64,000 nucleotides of DNA from a virus (IMGVR_UViG_3300028887_000002:212278-276277); one strand, 5' to 3'. Numbered from the stretch's first letter, positions 47,088-55,072 are shown. Numbers and translations: made by a program. Notes: generated from the letters alone by a model not told the origin.

Positions 47088-47109
47088 CTTATTTGTTAAA
47101 TAAATATTC
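47088..47109 (-). promoter_or_regulatory. putative phage late promoter element upstream of the capsid gene (minus-strand GAATATTTATTTAACAAATAAG, core TATTTAT at 47100..47106)
   Basis: Conserved motif and spacing (about 32 nt to the ATG) shared with the scaffold, 48840 and 38156 upstream regions. The downstream AAATTGATTATAATG is shared with the 38156 leader. Confidence 0.45.
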
Positions 47110-47130
47110 ACCAAATTTCAAAAGTGAAAA

Positions 47131-48672
47131 TTATTTTAAGCGTTCAACCCTCTCCATCAGACTGATGGTCTTCTTGAGGTCGTCGCTCAGAAGTGTTGTT
47201 TCTACTAACTTGTTATTTTCTGAAGATGACTTGCTTTCGGTGATAGGTGTGCCGTTGAGTGTCTTCTTGATGTCGTTAATCGGGTGGCTCCTCTTAAGTT
47301 CCTCGTTAATTTGGGTATAGAGTGCCTTCGACTCGTTGATGGACTTAACAGCGTTGAACCTGTTGATAATATTCATCTTCTCTTCCTTGGTTGTCGAGTT
47401 CTCAGTGACAAGTTTTATAATCTTTGCGAGGCTGCTGTTGACTACGGTGGCTTCATTCAACTGCTTTGTGATTTTTGCCGCGATATTCTTCAACTGTTTG
47501 TTCTCTGCAAGGATTGCGTTTGCCTTTCTGCGGAGGTTTTCGTTCATACCTTCTACAGTACCTTCGTATTCGCCATTGTCTCTTGAAATCGCGTGGCTTC
47601 CGTAAGCAGTGGAATCCTTTTCGGACTTCAATGTCTTGTGCATTCCACGTTCGTTTCCATGTCCGAAGCGTGACTGTTCCTCAAGTGCTTCGTCATATTC
47701 GTAGTCGAAGTCAAACTCTTCGGTATCATCATCGCCATAGTCAGCAAGCAAATCTTCGGTAAAGTCTTCGTCCTCGATGTAGTCCTTACCGAATTCGCGT
47801 CTCATAGCATTCTTTGCGGCACGTTTGCTACTTGGATTCCTTCTTTCGTCAGTTTCCTCGTCGCATTCAAGGCATACTTCGTAGAGAGGTTCCTCGCCCT
47901 TCTTGACTTCCTTTGAGTAAGGAGTTGAATCGCCAGCATCTCCGACCCAGCGCTTAACGTTGTTCTTTGCGCCCTTCGGAACACCGCCGTCGAAATCCAT
48001 ACCACCCTTACGTCCGTCATCAGCGGGCATGGTCATCGCACTCTTGTCCTGGTAACCGCCAGTGTAACCAAGGTTATCCGACTCGTTCATCATAGTTGTG
48101 TCGTCTGTTTCAAAATTATTATCGGCTTCCCCACTCAGGTCAATGATATATTCCTTGTCCGTAGTGTCATCGGTCAGTGTCAGATTGTCGCCGTTCATTA
48201 CAACGCGAACGCCGTCCTCTGGGGTGACCGTTTGGAACACCTTGTGCAATTGGGCATCATTCATTCCCGTGCAGTCATATTCGCCGTCACCGCATTTGAA
48301 CTGTTCAAGTTCATCGTCCCATGTCGTGTCTTCTTCACCTGTCTCTGGTGCTTCAGTAGCATCAGTTGCGAGGTCTTCCGTACCTGCTACCGTTTCGGTT
48401 TCGCCTTCTGGCGTTGCTTCTGCGGTTTCGGTTTCCACATCGGTTACCTGTTCAGTCTCTGGAGTGGACGGGATATCTTCCTTCTGGTAGGTATCGTCCT
48501 CTTTCTTTGTTTCTTCCTTCTTTTCGGAAAGAATTTCCCTCAAGTTCTGGTTTACTGCTTCTCCGAGGAGGTTCTTCAACGATTCCTTCGTGCTTTTTAC
48601 GAATTCTTCATCGAGAGCCTTCTTTTCGCTAACCAGGTTCTTGATATATTCGCTTCTAATTTTACTAGCCAT
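47131..48672 (-). CDS. acidic prohead scaffold/core protein (gp22-like by position and composition, 513 aa)
   Basis: Immediately upstream of the gp23-like gene. Highly acidic with coiled-coil termini and many (L/I)-x-E motifs. Confidence 0.5.
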   Translation of the reverse strand: MASKIRSEYIKNLVSEKKALDEEFVKSTKESLKNLLGEAVNQNLREILSEKKEETKKEDDTYQKEDIPSTPETEQVTDVETETAEATPEGETETVAGTEDLATDATEAPETGEEDTTWDDELEQFKCGDGEYDCTGMNDAQLHKVFQTVTPEDGVRVVMNGDNLTLTDDTTDKEYIIDLSGEADNNFETDDTTMMNESDNLGYTGGYQDKSAMTMPADDGRKGGMDFDGGVPKGAKNNVKRWVGDAGDSTPYSKEVKKGEEPLYEVCLECDEETDERRNPSSKRAAKNAMRREFGKDYIEDEDFTEDLLADYGDDDTEEFDFDYEYDEALEEQSRFGHGNERGMHKTLKSEKDSTAYGSHAISRDNGEYEGTVEGMNENLRRKANAILAENKQLKNIAAKITKQLNEATVVNSSLAKIIKLVTENSTTKEEKMNIINRFNAVKSINESKALYTQINEELKRSHPINDIKKTLNGTPITESKSSSENNKLVETTLLSDDLKKTISLMERVERLK

Positions 48673-48693
48673 TTGCGTAAAAATTTTTTTTGA

Positions 48694-48715
48694 GTTATTT
48701 TTAAAAATAAATATA
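48694..48715 (-). promoter_or_regulatory. putative late promoter element upstream of the scaffold gene (minus-strand TATATTTATTTTTAAAAATAAC, core at 48707..48713)
   Basis: Same core and spacing (35 nt) as the capsid upstream element. Confidence 0.4.
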
Positions 48716-48787
48716 TCAGCGTTTTCATTTTTGATAAAAAAATTAACGGTGTGATTAAAAATATTTTAATTTTTTTCGAGGGAAGAT

Positions 48788-48816
48788 AAAAAAAACACCC
48801 CATTGGTTGTGGGGTG
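48788..48816 (-). terminator. rho-independent terminator after the 48840..49190 gene (CACCCCA ... TGGGGTG followed on the minus strand by TTTTTTTT)
   Basis: 7-bp GC-rich stem plus an 8-nt T-run on the minus strand. Confidence 0.6.
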
Positions 48817-48839
48817 CATAAATAATATTGTACCTTTTT

Positions 48840-49190
48840 CTACCACTTCAAATCTGAGACATCATTTATCGCGTTAGGAATCTCAATTGCACCAAATTCA
48901 ATTAGTTCAATCTCCTTATTTGTGCTGTCGGCTGGATTTATCTTTCCGCTAACATCAGTGATGTCTATTATATCGTAGTGTGGAAATTCCCTGCGTACTT
49001 TTTTCACAGCTTCCTTGTCCGAACCAGTTTCAGATATTGCGGCAACAAAAATTATATCGTCAGTCTCGTTGTAACACTCAATGCACTTCACGTACAAATC
49101 ACCAATATCTTCCTTCAGTACTCTCTTGACGGATTCCTTAACAATATTGCGCAAGTCTGATTCGTTAAGTCTTATAACTTTCTTTGTCAT
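48840..49190 (-). CDS. small prohead core / internal-protein candidate with CTS-like N-terminus MTKKVIRLNESDLRNIVKESVKRVLKE (116 aa)
   Basis: Sits at the position of T4 gp67/gp68 (just upstream of the scaffold and capsid genes). Carries the shared N-terminal motif. Late-promoter-like element upstream. Confidence 0.55.
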   Translation of the reverse strand: MTKKVIRLNESDLRNIVKESVKRVLKEDIGDLYVKCIECYNETDDIIFVAAISETGSDKEAVKKVRREFPHYDIIDITDVSGKINPADSTNKEIELIEFGAIEIPNAINDVSDLKW

Positions 49191-49221
49191 ATAATATTCA
49201 GTTTTTATATTGTTATTTTAT

Positions 49222-49240
49222 GTTTATAAATAGTTCCCCG
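49222..49240 (-). promoter_or_regulatory. putative late promoter element (minus-strand ACTATTTATAAACATAAAA, core at 49226..49232, 36 nt from the ATG)
   Basis: Near-identical to the element upstream of the 38156 gene. Confidence 0.45.
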
Positions 49241-49332
49241 ATTTCAAAAACAATATATAAATTGTTGGCACGGAATTTGCATTATATACCTTATAATATA
49301 TAATAATAACTATCAAAAACAATTATAGAATT

Positions 49333-49728
49333 ATGAAGAAGATTATACTTACAATGAGTGTTTTGTTCGCAATGGCTTTTGCCTGTGTAGCACAGGAAGT
49401 GCTTACGGCTACAAGGGTTGTCAAGTCAAGGGGCGCTGAAAGCGAATACGTATTGCCCAACATGAACGATGAGGTTGCTATCGAAAGACCTGTCCTTTCA
49501 AGGGGCGGTTGCGTGGTAAAGATTGATAACTGGACTGGATACTACATAGACCTCTGGGTCGACAAGAACTACAAGGGCAGACTTAACCCATGGGAAAACT
49601 CGCAGTTGATTATGCCCAACGGCTTCAACGAAATATACTGTAGGACTATGGGTGAATCGTACCAATGGTTGGCTGGGGGCGAATGTAACGAGCAGTTCGT
49701 ACTGTCAATGCCCGAAGAGGACGAATAG
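49333..49728 (+). CDS. secreted or periplasmic protein with signal peptide (MKKIILTMSVLFAMAFACVAQ)
   Basis: Hydrophobic N-terminus with a plausible cleavage site. Confidence 0.5.
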   Translation: MKKIILTMSVLFAMAFACVAQEVLTATRVVKSRGAESEYVLPNMNDEVAIERPVLSRGGCVVKIDNWTGYYIDLWVDKNYKGRLNPWENSQLIMPNGFNEIYCRTMGESYQWLAGGECNEQFVLSMPEEDE

Positions 49729-49789
49729 GAGGAATGTTGACAAGACGAAGAATGACGATTATTAATTAGTCGTCATTTTTTTTTATTTT

Positions 49790-49826
49790 TTATTTGGTAG
49801 TTTCAAAAATAGTGTATATATTTGCA
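49790..49826 (+). promoter_or_regulatory. Bacteroidota-type promoter (TTTG 49793..49796, TATATTTG 49817..49824), followed by the conserved 25-nt leader at 49839..49863
   Basis: Consensus match with 20-nt spacing. Confidence 0.55.
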
Positions 49827-49869
49827 TCGTCAAAATACAAATGTTTAACTAAAAGAAAGGAATTAAATT

Positions 49870-50133
49870 ATGGCACAGAGTTACATTGAGTTCACTAGGG
49901 TGCAGCAGGTAAGAGTACCGTTGAAGAAGAAAATTAATGCTCAGCAGTTCATATATTATATGAACGGCGAGGACAATATGTTCGACGATGAAGATATCGA
50001 CTTCGACAACGAGGAAATTGTCGAGGAGGAATATTCATTTACCAACCACGACTGCAAGTTGGTTATTGACGGCAAGATGGTTTACGAATTCAAAAGCCCG
50101 TGGGTTATTGGCACATTATTCAAAATCAAATAA
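49870..50133 (+). CDS. hypothetical protein (87 aa)
   Basis: ORF after the promoter and conserved leader. Confidence 0.5.
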   Translation: MAQSYIEFTRVQQVRVPLKKKINAQQFIYYMNGEDNMFDDEDIDFDNEEIVEEEYSFTNHDCKLVIDGKMVYEFKSPWVIGTLFKIK

Positions 50134-50154
50134 CATTAGAAAGGAGAAGTGATT

Positions 50155-50589
50155 ATGCCGAACCTATTTGAAGCATCATGCGACCAGAAGTCGTTTGAAA
50201 CCCTCAAACAAATCAAGGCTAACTTTGAAGCCGAGCAAGCGGAAGAAAAGCACAGAGAGCGCGAGAGAATGGTAGAACACCATAAGCACACACATATATT
50301 TGATTCCTACGAACAGGCACTTGACTGGCTTGTAGAACATTCCGACAGAAGTATTGAATGGCATTGTAAAACATTATCATGGCTACCCGAAAAGAAGGTA
50401 TACCAGTCGTTTGAACAAGAGTTTGATATAGATGGTGTCATCCCTTATGATGTAGTCAGATATTACACAAGGGAGCAATTGCTTGGCGGCATAAAGGAAC
50501 ATATAATATATATGAAAGAAAAATATAATGCCGATGATAGCAGACTTTTTGACGAATATGGAAAATTGAATTATGTTGAAATAATATAA
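50155..50589 (+). CDS. hypothetical protein (start at the ATG at 50155 after AAAGGAGAAG)
   Basis: ORF with a Shine-Dalgarno-like sequence. Confidence 0.5.
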   Translation: MPNLFEASCDQKSFETLKQIKANFEAEQAEEKHRERERMVEHHKHTHIFDSYEQALDWLVEHSDRSIEWHCKTLSWLPEKKVYQSFEQEFDIDGVIPYDVVRYYTREQLLGGIKEHIIYMKEKYNADDSRLFDEYGKLNYVEII

Positions 50590-50602
50590 ATTGTATTTAA
50601 CT

Positions 50603-51499
50603 ATGGAAGAAAACATTAACATTGCGAAGATTTTGGAGAATGCCCCCAAGGGGTTAAAACTATATAGCCCGATTTGTGGAGAGTGTGAACTGAGATGTGT
50701 TGGCAGTCAACTTATAACTGTCGTTGATTGTGAAGATGGTATGTATAACTTTGGCATCTACGGGGAGAAGACTGTTAATGGTGAATGTCTATTGTTCCCA
50801 TCAAAAGACCGCAGAACTTGGAATAACTGGCAGGAAGTATTGTTCCAAAATGGCGATGTAGTAACAAGTACAGAAACTGAAAATACATTTATTATAATAT
50901 TTAAAAATGATGTTGGTTTTAATGGAATAGATAAATCTAACTTATGCCATAAATTATGGTATAAAAATTATCGTTATGCCACTCCAGAAGAACGTGAACA
51001 ATTTATGGCAGAACTCAATGCAAACGGTTACAAGTGGAACGCTGATACCAAACAGATAGAAAAGATTGAACAGCAATACACACCGAAATATAAAGTTGGA
51101 GATTGGATAACTGGAAAGTATATTGGCACAATACAAATAATAGGAATCACAAATAACTATTATAATTTTAGTAATAATACTATATCAGACATATATTCGT
51201 TTGATAATAACAAACAATGTTGCATTGCAAGTGAACTTGACTTAATAAATATTGGTATCAAAGAAAAACCATTCTCAATCAATGAACTAAAACCATTTGA
51301 TAAAGTATTAATGCGTAATGAAGGAGAATATTGGAGAATAGAAATATTTCAAAGTTATTTTAAAGGCGGTGGAGATTATATAGTATATTCTGGTATTACA
51401 CATCAAAAGCATCAATGCATTCCTTACAATGATGAAACCAAACATCTATTAGGAACTACTGAGGATTGTCCTGAAAAATACAAAACATGGGGGGAATAA
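50603..51499 (+). CDS. hypothetical protein; contains ATPEEREQFMAELNANGYKWN motif shared with the 56929..57660 protein
   Basis: ORF. Start taken at the ATG at 50603. Confidence 0.5.
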   Translation: MEENINIAKILENAPKGLKLYSPICGECELRCVGSQLITVVDCEDGMYNFGIYGEKTVNGECLLFPSKDRRTWNNWQEVLFQNGDVVTSTETENTFIIIFKNDVGFNGIDKSNLCHKLWYKNYRYATPEEREQFMAELNANGYKWNADTKQIEKIEQQYTPKYKVGDWITGKYIGTIQIIGITNNYYNFSNNTISDIYSFDNNKQCCIASELDLINIGIKEKPFSINELKPFDKVLMRNEGEYWRIEIFQSYFKGGGDYIVYSGITHQKHQCIPYNDETKHLLGTTEDCPEKYKTWGE

Positions 51500-51501
51500 C
51501 G

Positions 51502-51726
51502 ATGAGAAAGATTATTGAAATAATATTATTGTTGACCGCAATTGCATTTGCTTCCTGCTCTTATGATAGGTACAAGGACGGTGCAAGCACATATATTGAA
51601 ACGGATTTCTATAAGATTAGGCTTCTCAGCGACACAACGGCACTGGTGATTCCTAATCATATTGAATCAGCAAAGATAACGCAACCCTATATAATTTCAA
51701 CAAAATGCAAGGAAGAACGCCAATAA
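51502..51726 (+). CDS. small putative lipoprotein (signal peptide plus AFASC)
   Basis: Hydrophobic N-terminus followed by Cys. Confidence 0.4.
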   Translation: MRKIIEIILLLTAIAFASCSYDRYKDGASTYIETDFYKIRLLSDTTALVIPNHIESAKITQPYIISTKCKEERQ

Positions 51727-52034
51727 CAAAAGAATTGCTCGAAGCCAACGGCTTTGAATATTTCAACCGCAAGTGCGAGAACTATAACGAATATTTCCTT
51801 TATAGTGAAGGATGGAACGAGTTGCACGGGGAGGAAGATATAATCATAACGATATATCCGATATTGAACGGATTTTGGCAACTTGAGATAATCAACCATA
51901 TTGACTATGCGGTTGTTGAAGTCGGTGTGAAATATGCTGAGGAACTACAGATGGCGTTGGATTTGTTTAGGATTGAAAAGAAAATTGAAACGAACAACCG
52001 TATTTTGAACGTTTCAACTTCCTGCGACTTATGA
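51705..52034 (+). CDS. hypothetical protein (109 aa)
   Basis: ORF. Confidence 0.45.
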   Translation: MQGRTPITKELLEANGFEYFNRKCENYNEYFLYSEGWNELHGEEDIIITIYPILNGFWQLEIINHIDYAVVEVGVKYAEELQMALDLFRIEKKIETNNRILNVSTSCDL

Positions 52035-52559
52035 ATGGTGAAGATGTTTAACAAAAAAAGAAAGGAAATTAATATGATTGAAAATTGGGTTTATAATGAC
52101 ATTGTCCTTTATTCAAAAGGATGGTACAAGAGCCACGGAAATATGGTAGAAGACCTTGGTTATTTGTTCACCAAGATTTACGGATGGACACCGACCACAG
52201 AGGAAGAAGTTGCAAGAATGATGCTTCGCGTTATCGACAAGTTATATGAGGCGAAGGAAGTGAAGTTTTCATCGGGTTCCTATATGAAGTCATTTGAATA
52301 TCTGTTCAATGAAATTAACCACAAAGTACGATTTTATAACAAATCATATTCATTAGCAACGATTGAGATATGTTTATCAATATTGTTTGACTTAGATACG
52401 TCCGAGATAAAGTTAAATCCACCCCACTACGGAAAGAAGGAACATTTTAGGCTTGGCGGTTTTCAAAATTATCCAATAAGTATGACCTATAGTTCCGTTT
52501 TTCATAGTAAACTATTGAAAAACATTCTTTTCCTGCTTCGCCGAGCCACAACTTCTTAG
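52035..52559 (+). CDS. hypothetical protein whose last ~10 codons lie in GC-rich IS DNA (C-terminus probably altered by the insertion)
   Basis: The AT-rich ORF runs into the GC-rich block at about 52530 and terminates inside it. Confidence 0.45.
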   Translation: MVKMFNKKRKEINMIENWVYNDIVLYSKGWYKSHGNMVEDLGYLFTKIYGWTPTTEEEVARMMLRVIDKLYEAKEVKFSSGSYMKSFEYLFNEINHKVRFYNKSYSLATIEICLSILFDLDTSEIKLNPPHYGKKEHFRLGGFQNYPISMTYSSVFHSKLLKNILFLLRRATTS

Positions 52560-53741
52560 GCCACTCGCGTGACGGTCGTCCATTGGAGGGTTCTCCACAG
52601 GCGTGAATTCGGGCGAACTCAGCCCTACTCCTAATATTCTAAGCCCCTCGTCCCTGATATTCAGGGCGGCGTTGAGGTCGCGGTCGATGACCGCCCCGCA
52701 ACTGGGGCATATCCATTCCCTGTCGTTCAGGGTCAGGTCTCTCTTGATATATCCGCAGTCGTGGCACGTCTTGCTTGACGGGTAGAACCGTCCCACGAGG
52801 ACGAGCGTCCGCCCGTACCACTGGCACTTGTATTCCATCATCCTGCGGAACTCGCCGAGGTTCACCTCGCATATGCTCTCGGCGAGGCGGTGGTTCCTGG
52901 TCATCCCCTTGACGTTCAAGTCCTCCATGCAAACGACTTGGTTTTCGTCGATTAACTTGTTGGAAACGTCGTGGAGATACCAGTCCTTCCTGTGGCATAC
53001 CTTCTCGTATGCCTTGGCGAGCCTTATCCTCGCCTTGTCCCTGTTTTTACTGCCTACCTGCTTGTGGGACAACTGTCGGTGAAGCCTTTTCAGCCTCTTC
53101 GAGACGGACTTCTTGAAGTGCATGTTCGCATAGCGCGTACCGTCGCTTGCAATAACGAAGTCCTTCACTCCGAGGTCAATGCCTATGATGCCCTTGGCGT
53201 CGCTGCGCTGTTCGACCTCGCATTCGATTAGTACTGACAGCAGGTACTTCCCGCTTGCGCCCCTCGTGAGGGTCAGCGACCTCACGCTCGACTGCTGGCG
53301 GTTGAGGGTTATCTCGTCCAGTCTGGAGCACTTGAAGTGGATGTCGGACAGTTTCTTCGTCAGGTCGATGCGGTTGCCCCTTATGCCGATAAAAGCATCG
53401 GATGGGAAACGGCAGGATTCCACGTTGGAGTGCTTGCGCGACTTGAACTTCGGGAAGCCCCTGTGGTGCTTGAAGAAATTGTCGTAGGCGGTGTTCATGT
53501 CCCTAACAGCCTGTTGAAGTACCTTCGAGTGTGCATCCTTCAGCCAGGGGAACTCCTTTTTCAAGTCAACGAGGTGTTTTATTGCATCAACGCCCGATAC
53601 GGATTTGTTTTCCTTCTCGTAGGCATCCTTTCGGTAGGCAAGGCACTTGTTGAAGACAAAACGGCAGCAACCGAGCAACTGGTTGATTATGCGCTGTTGT
53701 TCGTCCGTCGGGTAGAGCCGTATCTTTATAGCCTTCAACAT
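52512..53741 (-). CDS. tnpB: TnpB (OrfB) RNA-guided RuvC-like nuclease
   Basis: N-terminus MLKAIKIRLYPTDEQQ, RuvC-I GIDLG, RuvC-II CMEDLN, zinc finger CHDCG...CPSCG and RuvC-III DRDLNAALNI. Confidence 0.85.
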   Translation of the reverse strand: MLKAIKIRLYPTDEQQRIINQLLGCCRFVFNKCLAYRKDAYEKENKSVSGVDAIKHLVDLKKEFPWLKDAHSKVLQQAVRDMNTAYDNFFKHHRGFPKFKSRKHSNVESCRFPSDAFIGIRGNRIDLTKKLSDIHFKCSRLDEITLNRQQSSVRSLTLTRGASGKYLLSVLIECEVEQRSDAKGIIGIDLGVKDFVIASDGTRYANMHFKKSVSKRLKRLHRQLSHKQVGSKNRDKARIRLAKAYEKVCHRKDWYLHDVSNKLIDENQVVCMEDLNVKGMTRNHRLAESICEVNLGEFRRMMEYKCQWYGRTLVLVGRFYPSSKTCHDCGYIKRDLTLNDREWICPSCGAVIDRDLNAALNIRDEGLRILGVGLSSPEFTPVENPPMDDRHASGLRSCGSAKQEKNVFQ

Positions 53742-53745
53742 AAAT
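52530..53745 (-). mobile_element. second IS200/IS605-family tnpB-only element (GC-rich insertion), a different subfamily from the first
   Basis: Abrupt GC-rich block. The tnpB start coincides with the GC boundary at about 53741, and the tnpB stop (52512) lies about 20 nt beyond the other GC boundary, in AT-rich phage DNA. Confidence 0.65.
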
Positions 53746-53750
53746 AAAAA

Positions 53751-53778
53751 TTAAATCATTATATAAATATAATGATTT
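53751..53778. other. perfect 13-bp AT-rich palindrome (TAAATCATTATAT aa ATATAATGATTTA), 10 nt from the tnpB start
   Basis: Read directly from the sequence. Either a phage terminator or hairpin, or an IS left-end feature. Confidence 0.5.
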
Positions 53779-53807
53779 AAAAATATTTTTCAAGAAATTT
53801 TCAAAAA

Positions 53808-53844
53808 TATTTTGGTAGTTTGGAAAAGACGTTGTATCTTTGTC
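53808..53844 (+). promoter_or_regulatory. Bacteroidota-type promoter (TTTG 53811..53814, TATCTTTG 53835..53842)
   Basis: Consensus match with 20-nt spacing. Confidence 0.55.
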
Positions 53845-53872
53845 CTGACTCTTAAACGGGAGGTTTTAGTAT

Positions 53873-53989
53873 ATGATTGAAAATAATAGAAAATATTCAA
53901 TAAAATTAAAAGGAATTACTAATAAATCAGCGAATATTTATAATACACAGATGAACAGGATTGCAAACGAATGGTTTAACAAAAAATAA
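53873..53989 (+). CDS. possible small ORF (38 aa) after GGGAGG
   Basis: Shine-Dalgarno-like sequence then ATG. Below the track cut-off. Confidence 0.3.
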   Translation: MIENNRKYSIKLKGITNKSANIYNTQMNRIANEWFNKK

Positions 53990-53998
53990 CAAAAAAAT

Positions 53999-54295
53999 AT
54001 GAATACAAGGCTTCTGAAACGTTATAGAAAAGATGCACTAAGGAATGTGAAGTGCGACATTAAGAACAATGGTGGAATATATATCAAACTTTATCTTACA
54101 GGAGAACGCTTTCACAAGAATTTAAGTTTCTTCGCTATGTGTGATGATGTACTTTATTGGGATTATGATTTTTTTCAAACCAATGATATTGAAGAAGCAA
54201 AGAATGTTCTCAAGGTAGCACGGAGAGTCTACATTATGGAATTAGTTAGGGAAGAAAGGGAAAGAAGACTTAGAGAAAAGGTTATTAATTTATAA
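53999..54295 (+). CDS. hypothetical early protein (98 aa)
   Basis: ORF. Confidence 0.5.
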   Translation: MNTRLLKRYRKDALRNVKCDIKNNGGIYIKLYLTGERFHKNLSFFAMCDDVLYWDYDFFQTNDIEEAKNVLKVARRVYIMELVREERERRLREKVINL

Positions 54296-54307
54296 ATTTA
54301 TAATATT

Positions 54308-54571
54308 ATGTCAAGAGAAAAAGAAAGAATTGATGCGAGTTTTAACTACACAATGTCAATCAGACCAAATGTGATTGGCGGTTCAGCGTTGCTAACGGAA
54401 GAGGAATATATCAACTTCAACAGAAATCCAGCATTTGAAGCAGGTGCGATTTGGAGTGACAAGACCCTGATTGAAAAAGCGCACAAGTGGATAAGTGAGC
54501 ATGTCGCTGAAGCCACTGGGATTGATAGTGTTGCTTTGATTGAAAGTTTTGATGAATTTATTGAAAACTAA
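54308..54571 (+). CDS. hypothetical protein (87 aa)
   Basis: ORF. Confidence 0.5.
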   Translation: MSREKERIDASFNYTMSIRPNVIGGSALLTEEEYINFNRNPAFEAGAIWSDKTLIEKAHKWISEHVAEATGIDSVALIESFDEFIEN

Positions 54572-54586
54572 AAAACTATAAGAACT

Positions 54587-54781
54587 ATGAGCGTTTTATT
54601 AATTATCATGATGGCAGTGATGTGTTTTGTACTGTCAGTGGTTTTGAGAGTAATGTCTAATATGTACAAACTAAACAAAAAGGTTACGGCATCCAGTGTT
54701 TGCAGTCACATTTCATATGGATTGGGAATTGTCGCTGGCGTGTTTGTTGGCTGGCTGTTCGCTATGCTGATGATGGTCTAA
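54587..54781 (+). CDS. small two-TM membrane protein (64 aa)
   Basis: Two hydrophobic helices in the translation. Confidence 0.45.
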   Translation: MSVLLIIMMAVMCFVLSVVLRVMSNMYKLNKKVTASSVCSHISYGLGIVAGVFVGWLFAMLMMV

Positions 54782-54793
54782 GTGAATATTACT

Positions 54794-55072
54794 ATGCGAA
54801 AGAAAGTACATTTAGCACCTTCCACCAATAAGGACATCGCCAAGGAAATTGGTAGGGATGTTGAGGAAAAACTTCTAATTTCTTCAACGTTATCTATGGG
54901 TAAAATAGAAAAGTTCGGTGACTGCGCACAGGATAGTGCCTTGAAGATGGCTGAATATAAGGACGAAATCGCATTGAGCGCATTCTGTGAAACCTGCCGA
55001 CTATCAAGTGAATGCAATAGCGACTGTGAACTACTCAAGAAATTTGAATTATTAATCAAGGGAGAGAAATGA
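54794..55072 (+). CDS. hypothetical Cys-rich protein
   Basis: ORF. Start taken at the ATG at 54794. Confidence 0.45.
   Translation: MRKKVHLAPSTNKDIAKEIGRDVEEKLLISSTLSMGKIEKFGDCAQDSALKMAEYKDEIALSAFCETCRLSSECNSDCELLKKFELLIKGEK

Noticed and set aside
53751-53778. Interpreting the AT-rich palindrome as a definitive IS left-end hairpin
   Set aside because: Its composition matches phage DNA rather than the GC-rich IS, so a phage terminator origin is at least as likely. It is kept as an open observation instead.
52639-53793. ORFs on both strands inside the second IS (52639..52998, 52971..53231, 53179..53487, 53337..53747, 53587..53793)
   Set aside because: Same reasoning. They overlap the intact tnpB in a GC-rich block.
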